Shown here one piece after another: positions 46,275 through 60,972 of a stretch of DNA of 64,000 nucleotides. This stretch comes from Bigelowiella natans CCMP2755. Taxonomy: Eukaryota > Protista > Cercozoa. A program made the position numbers and the translations under genes. Positions within the stretch are counted from its first letter, which is position 1. Every line of letters begins with the position of its first letter. The notes beneath the pieces were generated by a model, which saw only the letters and a program-made list of their open reading frames with translations, made no database searches and was not told the origin of the DNA. The stretch spans positions 66,299 through 130,298 of the forward strand of contig ADNK01000035.1 of NCBI GenBank assembly GCA_000320545.1, given 5' to 3'.

Positions 46275-46324
46275 GTTACAAATATTAACAACACCTAAAA
46301 ACTGCTCTTTTGTGTTTCTATGAC

Positions 46325-46357
<33 letters not shown>

Positions 46358-46889
46358 AGTGATGTGAGCAGCATATAACAGCATACCACATCCAAAGCAT
46401 CAATGCGTGTTCCAACTTCCAAGCTCAGCTTCGTTCTGATGGTAGTAATACTACTTTAGGCTCATTGCAAACTGACAACATTCGAAACCACCAAGTAATG
46501 AATGCCGCAGTCAGCACAACGCCATCGTCATCGTCATCTTCATCATGCTCACTACTTCGTCTCAGCTGCTTTTTTCTTCATTTCTCTCATCTCGGCCTTA
46601 GTAACCTTTGGAGATAGAAGTGATGACATAGGTGTAGTAAAAAAGGGAGGGGCGCTCATTGCTACAAAATGTGTGCTTATAGCAGAAGTAATACAATATG
46701 ACTATGTACACATCATATTGATATATAGATCATATGTAAGAAAATGCGGGAGGAAAGCAATAAAAAGTAAGCGAAATTGTAACTCGCAAAGCAATCACGA
46801 TTTATAGCTTTCTGTGGTTCGATTTGGGTGTAGTTTGTTACTTCGACGTTACACATACTACATAACAACAAATCCAACGAAATGTTCAC

Positions 46890-46924
<35 letters not shown>

Positions 46925-46993
46925 TATAATAATTTATTGAGAAATGGAAATATCTTGTCTGATACCATCATTGCAATCATCGCTATCACTATG

Positions 46994-47025
<32 letters not shown>

Positions 47026-47521
47026 TATCTCCCATCAGTATTATATTCATATTATATGCAACACCCTTTCCAGACAATTGAGGGGCCACCACCATTTGCC
47101 TGCCTTAACTCTCTGTGTTGTTTTAGACGAATATTGAATGATATTATGAGAAGGGATGCGCCATCGTTGTTAGGTAGCAGTACACATAGACGATAAAACC
47201 AACAAAATCAAGGTAACATCAATACATTTATTTTAAAAATATCAACATTAGTAAGTCGATGAAGCGACCACTCCGTAAACACACACAGTCACAGCGCATG
47301 TATGTATGCACGCGGGCAGCAAAACGTCAGACATGAATAGTTTAGAATGCAAATTTTTTGGTGGATTTTGCTGCTGCTGCTGCTGCTACCGAAGGATACT
47401 CCGATTGTTCAACAACGACTACTGTTCCGCAACAAGGCACCTGTTGTTAAGACACCAACGAATTAATCATACGGCGAAGAATCAAATGCAGAAGAAGCTT
47501 CTGCTAAGCCTCTGGCTACTT

Positions 47522-47552
<31 letters not shown>

Positions 47553-47668
47553 CACTAACCATGTTCGGGTTAAAACCAATCCGAGTGGGCTTTATCAACT
47601 TGGCAGCCTGTGTAGTAAGACGGAGAGTTGTTACTAAATGATGAGAAATTGTGTCGATATTAAGATGG

Positions 47669-47725
<57 letters not shown>

Positions 47726-50256
47726 ATGTGTTTAAATGTGTAGTTTATGCTACCTCAGCAACACTCGAGATGATCCTCACCTGATTGGGTGGGAGAGAGT
47801 TATTAAACGCAAAAAGAAAACATTTAACTTGACGCATTTCGATGTGCAAAAATCTTCTATTGGTGCTGCTTTCCGTCGCAACAACCGCTCCCACACCCAC
47901 ACCCATAAACAACATCTTCTTCATCAAGTGGATGAATGACGCAAAACGTATTATGCATTCAATATTTATGTTATTGTTGATAAATAACATAGAGCATTTC
48001 ATAACAAAAGAGCATAAATTGCTCGTTGTATTACTTTCATTCCGTTTTTGATGTCCCTTAGGCTCGAGAACCTATTAAGGCAAAGCAGGAAAGAAGAAGG
48101 AGAAGAAGCACCGTTGGTAGCATGCATTAACATATTTATGACAACACAGATAACAAACAATAGACAAAGAAAATATTCAATGTAATAAATGCACAATCTA
48201 CCAGAGGGAAGAATGAGAGAAAAGAAGAGGAGGGAAAGGGAGGGGGATACAAATTAGACATGCAGGAACAGAAAGTAAATACTTACTTCTTCTCCATCGG
48301 GTCATTGTTGTTATCCTCCTCCTCTTCCTCCTCCTTCTCCTCTTTTTCCTCTCCCGCCGCCTCATTATCTGCTTTTTCTTCAGCAAAATAAAATGGAGAA
48401 TCTGGTTCACCGACTTGTTCTGAGCTCAGCTCGCTTGAATTGCTTATTGAGATTGGAGGGGGACCTCCCGGTATATTCAAACGCTTTCCCTCTCGAGCAG
48501 CAGCCGCCTTTTTATCGGATTTAGAGTTATTTGCGATTTCTCCTCCTCCTACCTGCTGCCTCTTTGCCTCCCGCTTTTGCATATTTTCCTTTCTTTCTTC
48601 GTGTTGTCTATCAGCAAGGGTGACGGCCTTCTTCCAATACTCGTTGGTGAAGCTGGTTGTTGATGTGTGTGTGTGTGTATGTGTGTGTGTGTTTTAGTAG
48701 TAGTAGTAGTAGTATAGTAGTGTGATTACTTTATATGTGTGAATTGCTGCATTTATTTTGGGTTATCAATTGCGGCTATATTATCATCGCTAATGAACGT
48801 ATCCTTTGTTACTAATATTCATTGCATATATGTAATAGAGTAAGAAAAAGGGAGGCGAGGCAGCTGCAGTATCAGTAGCAGCACGTGTATAATGTGGTTA
48901 AAAAAGGCATGGTGTGGTGTACTATTAAGCTATTGTAATAAATATCTCGCTCACTCACTCGAAATCATCTGGAATTGTAGCTTTCACTTCAGGAGGGACT
49001 ACAAATCAAAACGACGACAAACGAGCAACCAACAAGGTCCATAAGGCAGCAGCAGCAGCAGCAGCAGCAGCACGCTTATACTATTTGCCTTGATCATCCC
49101 TCCAACCACTCCTGCTTCCCAATCTACATGCTGCTATCTTAGCATGCAGCCGGTGAGAATATATAACATGGCGAAACAGATTCAAAATCTCTAAAAGCTA
49201 CTACGATAGATTTTGTATTGCAGTTCTTCGATAATAACACTTCGTTTTCAACCGATCATACCCATGCCTCGCTTGTCCATCCACCTTAGCATATCATACG
49301 GCGACTACATTGGGGGGGGGGAGGATAGTATTGACAAATTCCATGAGACTCACTCTTCTGAAAAGCCACACCATGAACATATCATATGATGCGTTTTTGT
49401 TTATTGTTATGCATATATGTATTTATGACTATTTTTCTGTTTTAATTCGTTTGCAAACTCTTTATTTGTTTGTTTTTTTGGTCCGAATTTTGTAGCCCGA
49501 ACCTTCCTTTCTCTATCCTCCATTTTGAGGCACATTTCCATAAGTGGTTGAGCATACTAGTAGTAGTAGTTGTTGTTGTTGTGGTTAGGAGAAGTAGTAA
49601 ACGATGACGATGATAATTATAATGATGATGATGATGATGACTATAGTATAATGAGAAGAAATTCCAGTAGTAGCAATTGATTACTCTACCAATACCATTC
49701 ATTACCCCCCCCCCCCCCTTTTTTTGTTCAAAAAAGTATAAAAAATTGTTTTGTTCGTTATTGATTGTGCTACTACTATAATTAACGCGAATCAATATGA
49801 TTTTCTCTTTCCTCTATACACATTCATCATTGACATTAATGCTGTTATATCATACTATATGTATGCACGGACCGGCGGCACCACAAGATCAAAACCGATT
49901 TGATACGGGTTCTTCCCTATTGATTGGAACGAACAAATTCAAATTATCACACGCTATAAATTCTCCGCGTCATCATTATCATCATCATTATCACCACCAG
50001 CAGCAGTATAATAGTATTAGCACTCGAGCAGCACAGAAAGGTATTAAAGTAAATGGCAGGGTGTGTGATGACCAACTGACTGACTCGGTGGGTGGCAAGC
50101 CAACGATGTAGACTACAATTGATTACCTTGTGCGAACGCTCTCTTTATCTCTTCTACATGGATCTGCCTCCCTGATGATTATAACCACGCATCGTATCCC
50201 AATGATGGATGGCAGCGAACGTTGTATAAATGATACTCCACCCTGGTGAACAATTT

Positions 50257-50289
<33 letters not shown>

Positions 50290-50658
50290 AGACTACATTA
50301 TTGTCTACTTCTGTGAAGATGTTGGTTAGTGAGAAAGACGAGGAAAAGAGGAGGAGGAGGGGGATATGGAGGTAGTTTGTGGGAAGTGTTGGCGCAGCAG
50401 CTGAAATAAATAATGATAACGTATCAATTATCACCTTTATTAAGAAGCTCCCATATGGCCACACCAACCTACAGTGATAGGATATTGTGAGGGTGAGGAT
50501 CATGACACACAGCATTGCACACGCACGCACACACATACACACACACACACACACACACCCTCCACACTGTCTATCTCCATGTATAGATATGAAAATACAT
50601 AGTGTGTTTGTGTGTTTTATGCGTGTAGATTATTGTGCATAGTAGAAAGAGTGAACGT

Positions 50659-50702
<44 letters not shown>

Positions 50703-51826
50703 CACAAAATACTACACGATCCATTATTCTTGTCTACTAACCATCCAAACATCGGAAAAGAATGTGAACGAGGTCCCCTCAGTCCAACTCTCCGGAGGCC
50801 ACGATCTTCAGCAAAGTATCATGGCAAATGGGTAGTGGTAATTATTATATACACAAGTGACTTGAATATCGACTGAATTCTTCTTCTTATTCTTCTTCTT
50901 CTTCTTCTTCTCATTCTCACAGTCTCGTCGTCACCAAATAAAACTGCCTTTGCACAAGATATCAATTACGAGAGACAAGATATCAATTACGAGAGACACA
51001 GGCGGTTTGATCTGTGTGGTGGAGACCATGGACCACTATTATTATTTTTTTTATTCCAACTCTTTCTACTTCGATACATTGGATTGGCTTTCTTGCCCTT
51101 ATGTACGTACCCCAAGGCCTGATGATATAAATATATGTTTATATTCCAACAAATAATAAGTAGAGTTAACTTCACTTAACTTCACCACTTCTCCGACCGA
51201 CGATCGGTGCGTTTTCCTGTTGTTTCTATCCCAATTCTCTCTTCTACATGTTCGCTTAATATATCTCTTTTCCTCATGCTGCTGATGCTGCTGTGTCAGA
51301 GCGCATACATGCATGCTGACAAAGGCCAACGTGTATCTACGCAATAGATCAAATCACAGCCTCGATTACCTTTTCGTCTATCTTCCTGGAAAGACCATAG
51401 TCGCCTATAACGACGCTCATATCCGCTCTCATCAAGATGTTGCGACATGCTATATCTCGATGCACTATGCTTTGTCGATGCAGATGAAGCAAACCGCTTA
51501 GCATTCCAGAAACGGTCTATTACATCATGCGTGTGTAAGTAACGACATCATCACCATCCTGGTGGGGCATCAATAAAGGGGAAGAAAATTGAAGAAGAAA
51601 AAGAAGAAGAAGAGAAGAAAAAGAAGAAGAAAAGAAGAAAAAGAAGAATAAGAAGTTGAAGAAAAAAAAAATACATTAACGGACCTTGTTGAAGATCTGA
51701 GGGGAGAGGAAATCGATGTCCTTGTGGAGCTTGTCCTGAAAATATGCATTTAGATGTTATATACGATGATGCTGGTTCGCATAAAGATGCAGGAGAGGCG
51801 ACATTTACAAATATAGCATACGCGCC

Positions 51827-51896
<70 letters not shown>

Positions 51897-51947
51897 TGCA
51901 CAAAGTATAAACTTTGTAAAAAAAATGTGAAAGGTAAAAAATGTAGG

Positions 51948-51997
<50 letters not shown>

Positions 51998-52829
51998 TAC
52001 TCACCAGGCTCCCACGTTCGCAGTACTCGTTCAGCATACATACTTTGCCAATTAGCTCCCTCGCTGATGACACGAAGAATGGTCATTTACAAATACAATG
52101 TTAATCATTGTTTTGAGTATAGCAACCCACCACATTGTCCTCTATTTATTTCTTGGGTCAGCAGACACCATTACCATGTACCCTCTTCTTCTTCTTCTTC
52201 CCCCCCTCCTCCTTCCCTCATCGTGGATGATGTGAATAATGTTGATGAAGGATTAATATATGTAGCATGTATTAGCCACCTCGGCTGCCGTCCATAAACT
52301 TGGTATTATCTGCAGCAGATCATCAGAAAACAATTATGCGAAGAATGATGAGCTTGGTGAATAAGCATTCTGAACTCCGATGTAATGATATGGCTGCGTA
52401 CTCGTGTGTGCTGCCATCGCGTGCGTCATTATATTCTTATTACCGCCGAATGTACAACAGCCGAAGAACTTTATCACGTGAGGATGATCCTCTGGAATGC
52501 GGTCCATAAGTTGGGCCTTGAACAATGCAAATAGGCTATCCGTTATTGGTTGCTATCATCACCAACAATCATCATTGCTGTTATTATCGTTTGTAATGGG
52601 AAATCAATAGAGTGTCAGCCTACAGATACCGCAGAAGGATGATAACGGGAAGGCTAATACTTCAAACGTGGTACTGACCTCTTTTAAGACTTCCATAATA
52701 TCTCCCCTATTGTCTTGTATACATTTCACAGCCACCTGTATGGAAGTAGTAGTAGTGGCCATTCATCGCACCACCATAGAGACGCAAAATCAACAACAAC
52801 AACCAACAACAAAACTACATCAAAAGAGA

Positions 52830-52872
<43 letters not shown>

Positions 52873-53539
52873 AACGTAAAATAGACGGGCGAGGGTGTTT
52901 ATAAGGGATGAGAGTGTTACTACCTTCTGAAATCCTTTGTTGTCCTGCTCGATATCTATTTGAGCTAGATATACGGACTAGATAACATCAACAACACATT
53001 GTAGAATATAAGCTTGGATTGGAATTGATGAAGGGGAAACAGCAGAACTGAAATAGATGGAAGGAAAGAGAGAGAGAAGGAGGAGGAGGAGGAGGAGGAG
53101 AAGGCTAAAAACAAGAACATGATTATAACCCCAAAGAATCCTCGACCAAGAGATTCGTTGAACACCATAACCTGTTAAAAGGTATTATTAATATTATCAA
53201 CACATCTTTTGAAGATAGCGTAGAGAATCGACATGAGATATAAAACAGGTGTGTGTGCCTTCATTCCTACTCTCCTCGATAAAGGTTCTCTCTTCCCCAT
53301 TCCACTATTTAATCCCCAAAATCTACTTGCACTACTCCTTCTTCTTCGCTAATACCTCGTCATCATGAAATATGGTTAGGGTTCCCAACTTGGAACGCTT
53401 CCTTTTACTGCCCCCTCTTTGATACTGTGAGCCTATTTCTGCTAGTCTCTACGGGTAAAGGGCGTTTTGTGAGCGCGGGTTGTGTTGTGTAAATTCTATA
53501 TCCAATGTCTAGTTGCTTCTGATAAGACACGTAATAACT

Positions 53540-53579
<40 letters not shown>

Positions 53580-54588
53580 ACACACAAATAAACATCTGTA
53601 TATGTATTTATAAATATGAATATATATAATATGTATATACAGATGTTTGCAAATATAGTTCCCAGCTCTATTGGAAAATACATGAATTGTACTTTACTCT
53701 CAATTATACGGCCTGGGAATGTATTGAATCCCAGTTGCATTTTGAAATTGATGTTTTGATTTTATTTTGTCGGAAGAAAGTCTACAAAACCCGAAAAGCA
53801 AACAGTAAACCTAAGCCGAGAACACTGCGCATAAGAGAATTTGTCTAAAACAGTGTTTGTACCCCGATGATAGTGAAAGCACAAATTTCATGCATTTTCC
53901 TTCCATTGTCTTCCTCAAGGAGATCCTCCACGTCGTAACCATCTGTTGAAAATTAATTTCCAGTTACAAACACATAAAATACTTCCACCAAGTAGAAGTA
54001 TATTCATATCTTCTTATCTTTTGTGATGGTTATTATACCTTTTCCGAAATCTCTTCCTTCATATGAATTGTTCTCCACAATCTGCAGAACAACCACAATG
54101 TTAGATAAGAGGAAGAAAAGAAAAGAAGAAGGAGGAGGAGGAGAGAATGAAAGGAGACAAGAGAGAAGATAAAAAAGTCGAAGGGGGGGAGATACGAATT
54201 GAGAGGAGATAGTCGTGGAATTTTAGACCTCTGTGCATTCCTTCCAACGTGCACTCTCCTACAATCAAAAAAGAGGTGCAAAATATTATTATTAGTAAGA
54301 TTCGTAGTTCTTCCGATCAGAGACTAATTTCATGGAGCACCCCGAGAGACTTCACAAATTGTAGGATATCTTTAGCATCCCAGTCCTTCACCTCCTTGGA
54401 ATGGGTCTGGTGATCTAGTAGTCGGAAATATACATGAATATGTTGTCAACAATTACATCAGCCCTGGGCAAATATTGGACCGAAAATGATTTATAAACCT
54501 GCTTTAGCCTGATGCGTCTCTTGATAATGCCTTCTGATTTTCTAATCAAGAAAATTGTGTTTGAAACCTTCTTCTGTGCCTCCGCTTC

Positions 54589-54633
<45 letters not shown>

Positions 54634-55286
54634 CTTCTCTTCTCTCTCTCGCTCGCTCCTTGTAAGTTAATTTTTCCCTCATCACTTTTTTTTTAATTTA
54701 CTTTTTTAATTTGCCTCATTTCTCCATTTTTTACATTTGATTGCTTGAATGCCTTCGCTAATCCTCGCAACTGTTTGCTGTCATCTGGTCCCCAACCTAT
54801 CAAGCAAGCAACAATAGGATGTGAAAAAGTAGAATATGAACATAAAATTGCAGCGAGCAACCATAGAGTAGTTCCACTCCAGTAATTTCCAAATTTATTA
54901 CAGCCTGAATAAACGAAAATGATTAATCATACGTAGTACATCATCTTTTGGGAGTGTAGTGGATGGGCCTGCTGACATCGTAAACTAGTTTTCGTCGACG
55001 CTGGGCTTTCTGAAACATTTTAAAAATGATATTAATTCACCTCCAACATGATACCGATAGCAACGATTGCGATTACCTGCCAATCATTGATATCCCAAAG
55101 GCTCTGCATCCATTCAGTAACATCCTTTGGCGTCCATTGGTGAATCTCCTTGGACTCCCAAGGGCTCATGTTATCCTTGTTATCATATATGGATATGTCC
55201 TGATCGAGGTGAATAACGCATCCCGCGTATGACTCTGTTGAAGGTGATCTGATCATGCGAACATCTCCCTTGGTTCCATCTTGCAT
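43941..55286 (-). CDS. Multidomain tyrosine-kinase-like protein: SAM-SAM-kinase-(Mib SH3-like)-(MBT/Tudor-like)-(UBA-like), many exons
   Basis: Spliced exons: SAM (IHQWTPKDVTEWM...ITGVELL; VKDWDAKDILQFVKSLG); kinase SLGRGFFG|SVYLA, VAVKCI, EVLKE|AQLM...HPHVIKFFG, NEYCERGSL, IVHRDIACRNILM (HRDIACRN at 51462-51439), IGDYGLSR, WPPES...FSDVWM|VGVAIWELL; LEVGTRIDALDV|NQRWLEAVV...VHFPGFDDNFDEWINLTSDRIHPYG; LKHMDFTDEQVADAANRY...NYL in the last exon. That this is one gene is inferred from splice-phase continuity and the absence of an intervening spacer. Confidence 0.75.
50954..50998. repeat. Perfect 21-bp tandem duplication (intronic)
   Basis: ACAAGATATCAATTACGAGAG x2. Confidence 0.95.
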
Positions 55287-56119
55287 GTTGTTTTCGAGAG
55301 CTCTTGCGTGCTGTGTCGGGGGGAGATACACGCGTGGAACTTTTTTCTCACCCGCACGAGAAAATACTCTGAGAATACAAAGGAACAAGGGCTGTGCGAC
55401 AACAAGATTTTTTTTTTTTCCTACAACACATGCAACGAATGCTCCATAGGTTTAAAACTATTCTCTGACGTTTCAGCGTCGAGAAAATTGACAGAACTTG
55501 TTAACTTTTGTATCCTGCGACATTGAAATTTCTCCTTGGTTTCAGACAAATCTCCTCAATCTCAAACATATCGGAATGGGTATCTTTTTTTTTCAGAGTG
55601 GATGTAATTCAATTAGACAAGGTTAAAATGATCTCAAAGTTGAATTGAAAGTGAAATTTGGTCAATACAAAACTAAATTCCATGTTTTCTTCTTAATACA
55701 AGTATGCAACATAGGAACCAAATGCTGAAAATGCCTACTACGTGGATAGAGGAAGAGAACTCATTTTCAAAGAAAAAACCTGCGTTCTTTTGTACAGAAG
55801 GAGAGAAATAGGTGCTTATTTGTTGTAAAATGAATTGGGTTCTGTCCATCCACAGGTTATTCAAAGAATAAATGCTTTTACTTATAAATTACAAGTCTGA
55901 AAACCCCAATGTTAGTCCCCAGTGACAAGATTACTTCAAAAAACACGTAGCGGATAGCAGAAGCATGTCGTTCTTCATCATATACATATCGTAAAAAATA
56001 AATTTAACATAATATGTCCTCTATTTTCATCTTTTGATGAAAATTTGTGCAAAATATTATGTCTAACTCTCCTTTGAGCACAGATCTACGTTCCTCCCTG
56101 CCCCATCGCCTCCAATGCC

Positions 56120-58436
56120 ATGACTACTGTGCTGACTAAGTATGACGAAATGAAGAATGTCATTCGTAGCGCAAAGATTCGATGGCTAGAAGAGTCGGAT
56201 ATCACAGACATACTGGTCAACTATCAAGCATACGGATTCCCGATAAGCAACTCCACAGCTCAGAAGCCTATAACTACCGGAAGTCTTTTTTTATGTAAGT
56301 ACTAACCTTATCTTCTTTTCCACTCACTTAAATCCCGTACAAGAAACTAATCATTTGTATATTTTACAATGTTATTGCACGACTCACGCAGACAATACAA
56401 CGCTTGGGACCGACTGGCGCTCAGACGGCTACGTGTGGGACCCAGCTAAAGAAAAAGTTGTCAGGTGGCCATTGAGTTATCAAGAGTGGAAACTTCATAT
56501 TTCAGAACTGACCAGTATGTTTTTTAGACTTGATGTTACAGTGTATGGCCCTCTTTCTTGCATGATGAGCGATGGCGTTGGCGTTTCACGGCGAGGATAT
56601 TGGCTGGAGTCTCAGTCCAACATTGTACTGACACAATACCTCAACATTTCCGCCCACACACAAGGTATTTTATTGTACTACATATAAGATATTATGGTTT
56701 AAGCTCAGCTCCATTGAAAGTCCAGTACGTTTGACAGGGGAAACAGGATTACCATTCTTTTCTGGTTTCGGAATCGATTCGGAGCTAAGCTTGAGCTCGA
56801 ACCTAAGTTCAAACACCGCCTCGGCCATAGACGCAAACGCAACCGTGGAACTGTAATTCCTATTGTTTTTGGTATTCTCTCCAAAAACTGATCTAGATTA
56901 ATACTGTCCTTACAGATTGACTGGAGAATCTGCGGAGTCTTCGAAGTGCGATGTGTTTCTAAATCCGGACCCACCTGCTCAAGCCTATCCATCTAACGGA
57001 ATGCGTAGAATAAAAACATCCCCAGGAGCATTATCCTCTCTTGCAAATACAAACCCTTTTCAATTCTCAACACCAGAGCGAACGATACCAAATGTTGTTA
57101 CACCTGAAATACAGCTACAGAGCAATCCTGCGAAACGAGTAGCCACTCAGCAACGAATGCAGCATATCCTATCAAGAAATATGAATCTTCATAGACGGAA
57201 CGATGGAAGAAATGGTATTGAAGGTACAGTGGGAAACAGCTCAGGTCTTTCGGGTGCAACTAACTTTCGAAATTCAGCTGGGATTGGATTCCCAATCCCT
57301 GCAGGGGGGGTTCAAAATAAGGGGGGATTAAGACGAATTATGTCTTCTCCGATGCCTTTGGATCGCCTCGGAAAAAAGGAAGTTGATAATGAGGACCCTG
57401 AAAAGACCTCGAAACGGTTGTATAGTTTTGATGAGTTATCTTTATGTTTTCTGAAGCAATGAATGTTTCATCAGAAAAGCTCGAAAAGCAGAGGTTGCAC
57501 GTGCCTGCAGGAAGAGGAAAAAGGCCTACATTCAGAGCCTGGAGCAGAAAGCCGCTGCTCTCCAAAGAAAGCTTGCAGAGATGGCCTCGAATGCATCTCA
57601 AAGCAAATCGGAGGAGGATGTTCACGGGTAGAACTTCCTATTCATTAATACTTCAGCAACTTGGATTCTTAATGAAGTTTTGTAATTTCTTTAGAGAGGA
57701 GCAGAAAAACATATTGAATGAGATGGAACGGGCGATATCAAGTCCTCTCCCTGATTCCAAAGAAATTAAGAAACTTATTCATCGTTTTGTGGCAAACTCG
57801 AGACAACACAGAGACCACTTTTGGAGACACGCGGAGAACACATTGAAGAGTATTAACCCAGGTTACACGTAGCAATCATGCGTCTGGGAATTAGTGCTTA
57901 TTCAGCTTCATCAGGTGCTCAAGCAAAATTTGCATTGTGGGGCCTTGATCAAGATGACGAATTCTATGAGAAACCAGGACTATGGAAAACATTGATGTCT
58001 GATGAAATTGGTTTAGACGATACGCAGGTAGAGGAGTCTCTGAATTTTAACAATGCATCGATTCTTCCTTAAATATGAATCAATCCTTCAACAGATGAAA
58101 AAATTACTTCGTTGTCGAGAGAAGGTGCGCGATACCAAAAATGAACTTCTGGAAATTCAAAATCGATTAATCGGTTTGAGGAAACTGATGAATGAACATC
58201 TGGCAAAGCGATACAAACTATTAGATCGATTGCTCGAAAATCTAAAACCAATCCAGGCAGCACGATTCTTTCTTTGGGTGTCCAAAAATTCTTCTTGCAT
58301 GCAGATGCTGCAAACAGTAATACTCACCAGAAGAAACTCAACTGGAAGAATATGAGCTAAATTGTTCCTGTTATTGTAGGTCTGGAAGATTCCAGAGAGA
58401 CCTTCGGACATGGCAACCGTAAAAATGGAACTCTGA
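56120..58436 (+). CDS. Transcription factor: CG-1 DNA-binding domain + non-canonical bZIP + DOG1-like helical domain, multi-exon
   Basis: CG-1 motifs AKIRWLEESDITDILVNY, GSLFL, WRSDGYVW and RRGYWL...IVLTQYL. bZIP KR|KARKAEVARACRKRKKAYIQSLEQKAAALQRKL. C-terminal IGLDDTQ|MKKL...LKPIQAARFFLWV. Ends TVKMEL*. Confidence 0.85.
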
Positions 58437-58501
58437 AACTTTAGTCGACTTCCCCGAAGCGAAAATGATACAATTTGTGTTGAAATATTACATTTATACA
58501 A

Positions 58502-58543
<42 letters not shown>

Positions 58544-58699
58544 TTATACATAATTGACAGGGAATTTGTACTTCACTTCTTTGTAATTCTCTCTTTGTAG
58601 AATTAAACTTGCACCCTGCAATTACAACAGTCTTTGCCAAGTCATTAGAAGATACTTGTGCATCTCTTAGCCATAGTAATCTATCTGTCATTCTATTAC

Positions 58700-59780
58700 T
58701 CAACTAATATTCACTTTGAGACATGTACTTATGTGTATTTCATTTAGAGCTACGCTAGACATACTTACTAAGTACGATGATTGAAACCTAGTTGATTCTC
58801 AGAAAAGTCTATAGAGACTTGCCACTGAATCTTGCATATTATGTTTATCATAAGATGCCTAAACAAATTGCATATGTTGCTACATCTATCTCTCTTCAGT
58901 GTCAACGTGCACAGCTAGCGTACACACACATATCTTTGATTCATCTAGTCATCTACTCATACACGTAATCTTTGCAACGACAAACTTAATCACGATAGGT
59001 ATAGTCATACAGTGCTAGAGTGGTTGGGAGTAATCCCTAAGCACAATGCACAATATAATGTCTAGATCTGCGGCGATATGTCCAGATATACACATCTAGA
59101 CACATGACGTATTTTGATACACAAAACCTAGCGCAATATTAGCACGCACGAGTTGCTAGCTTAAAAACACGTAACTAACGTAACAACAATGACATCGGCG
59201 TACGTCAGCATTCCAGGCGCGACCCACCAACGCCATTGACATACACTGTGTGTCCTAGCGCTACACATAGACGCAATCATCATCAATTCGCATATAAGAC
59301 ACGCATCTAGATGAAGCCTGCGCAAGATCTAGCTAGCAAGCTAGCATATACTGATCGATGTAGATCGAGACGTTGCTAGGTTGGCACTAGCAGCGCCGTG
59401 CGGACTACTAGCTAGCTAGCTAGACCATTGCAGCTATGCATACATCACAACATTCGCATGCATGCATGGCTGCCACGCTAGCACGATCGATACGAATAGC
59501 TCTAGCTGCACTAGCTAGCTAGCCTAGCAGCCACAGATCTACATGTGTCGACTTCACACGTTGAATAATGCTACAATGCACTGTGCGCTGGCGGTAATAG
59601 TAAGTCTTATTACTAGCTATGCAAGTGTGAGCACGCACGGATAAGTGTGCATGTGGAACGTAGCACATGGGAGCCACAACGATCATGTAATGCAATTCCT
59701 GTGCAATAATGGTGTCATTGATCTATCTCTAGATCTATATTGCATGAACACAAACTGCGTGCGCAACATGAATGTACCAA
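58700..59780. repeat. Tail-to-tail intergenic spacer, extremely CTAG-rich
   Basis: Manual count: 16 CTAG in 59281-59580. CACATCTAGACA at 59091. CTATCTCTAGATCTAT at 59723 is identical to 649-664. Confidence 0.75.
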
Positions 59781-59782
59781 TG

Positions 59783-59992
59783 CTATTTTTTCCGAGCTAA
59801 TGTTCTCTGTTTTTCGGCATGTTCCACGATGTGCTCTTCTACTTTCAAACCCTTACGCCTCCGGACTTCATCCACCAGCTGACGAGCTAGGTTGTGAACT
59901 CGTAAATTTGCACCTGGACGATAAAAAACTCTGCACTCATTTTTTTTTCCAAATGGAATAAAAGATTCTCTAATGAAAAAGTTATAAGATAA

Positions 59993-60042
<50 letters not shown>

Positions 60043-60933
60043 GAGATTACCTTCACCAAATTCCTCCTTTTCCTCCTCAGTGAGGGGCACGAAGAAAGGA
60101 TCCTCAAGAATCGTCTCCCAATGACTGAACACTAATTGCGGGCTGTGTAGAAGAGCAGGGATACAGCAGGAGGAAGCAGAGAACGCTTGAGCACGTAGTG
60201 AGACTCATTCGTGACGGAATTGGGATGTTTGAGTCATGTCCGCTTCGTATGTTATTTATATCGAATTGCTCCTCACCTAGCCATCCCTGATGTTCTCCCA
60301 CGGAGAGATGAGGCAAAGCCGAAACTCTTCTCGACGGGTAAGTAGCAACGAACCACAAAAATCTGGTGAAAACAAACAACCCACGAGAAATTATAAAGAA
60401 AGATCAGCTTTTCGCATAGCGATACTGAAGCATGCATCGTTATATCACTATCACCAGTTCGCCATCATCATCGTCACCCACATATTTGCCGCTTAGATAC
60501 AATTTAAAATTATACGACACGCTGGTGGCTATCATTCCCCACGAAGACACGAAAAGGAAACCAAGTCGCAAACACAGTTATTATGTGACCTGTGTTCCTT
60601 CCTTCAGATCCTCGCTAATGATCCGCCCTCTGATGTTGATATTTTGCAAGGTGGTGTTGGTAGGAAGCACAGAATAAACACAACAAACGGCACTTGGAAA
60701 AAATGAGAGCGATGATGATATAAAGAGAACGATAGCTTCTTGTCACTTTAGCTGGTTTCAACTTGTTGTTTCACCTTCTTTTCCCAATGACCGCATATAA
60801 TCGCCGAAGAACCTGGTCATTGCACTACATTGTGGGGCCGGGGGTTGGGAATATATCGTCAGATATTTGCGACAAGAAATATCAGGATCATTTCAAATGA
60901 ACAACGACGAGTCGGGACTAGATAGTCACCACA

Positions 60934-60972
<39 letters not shown>

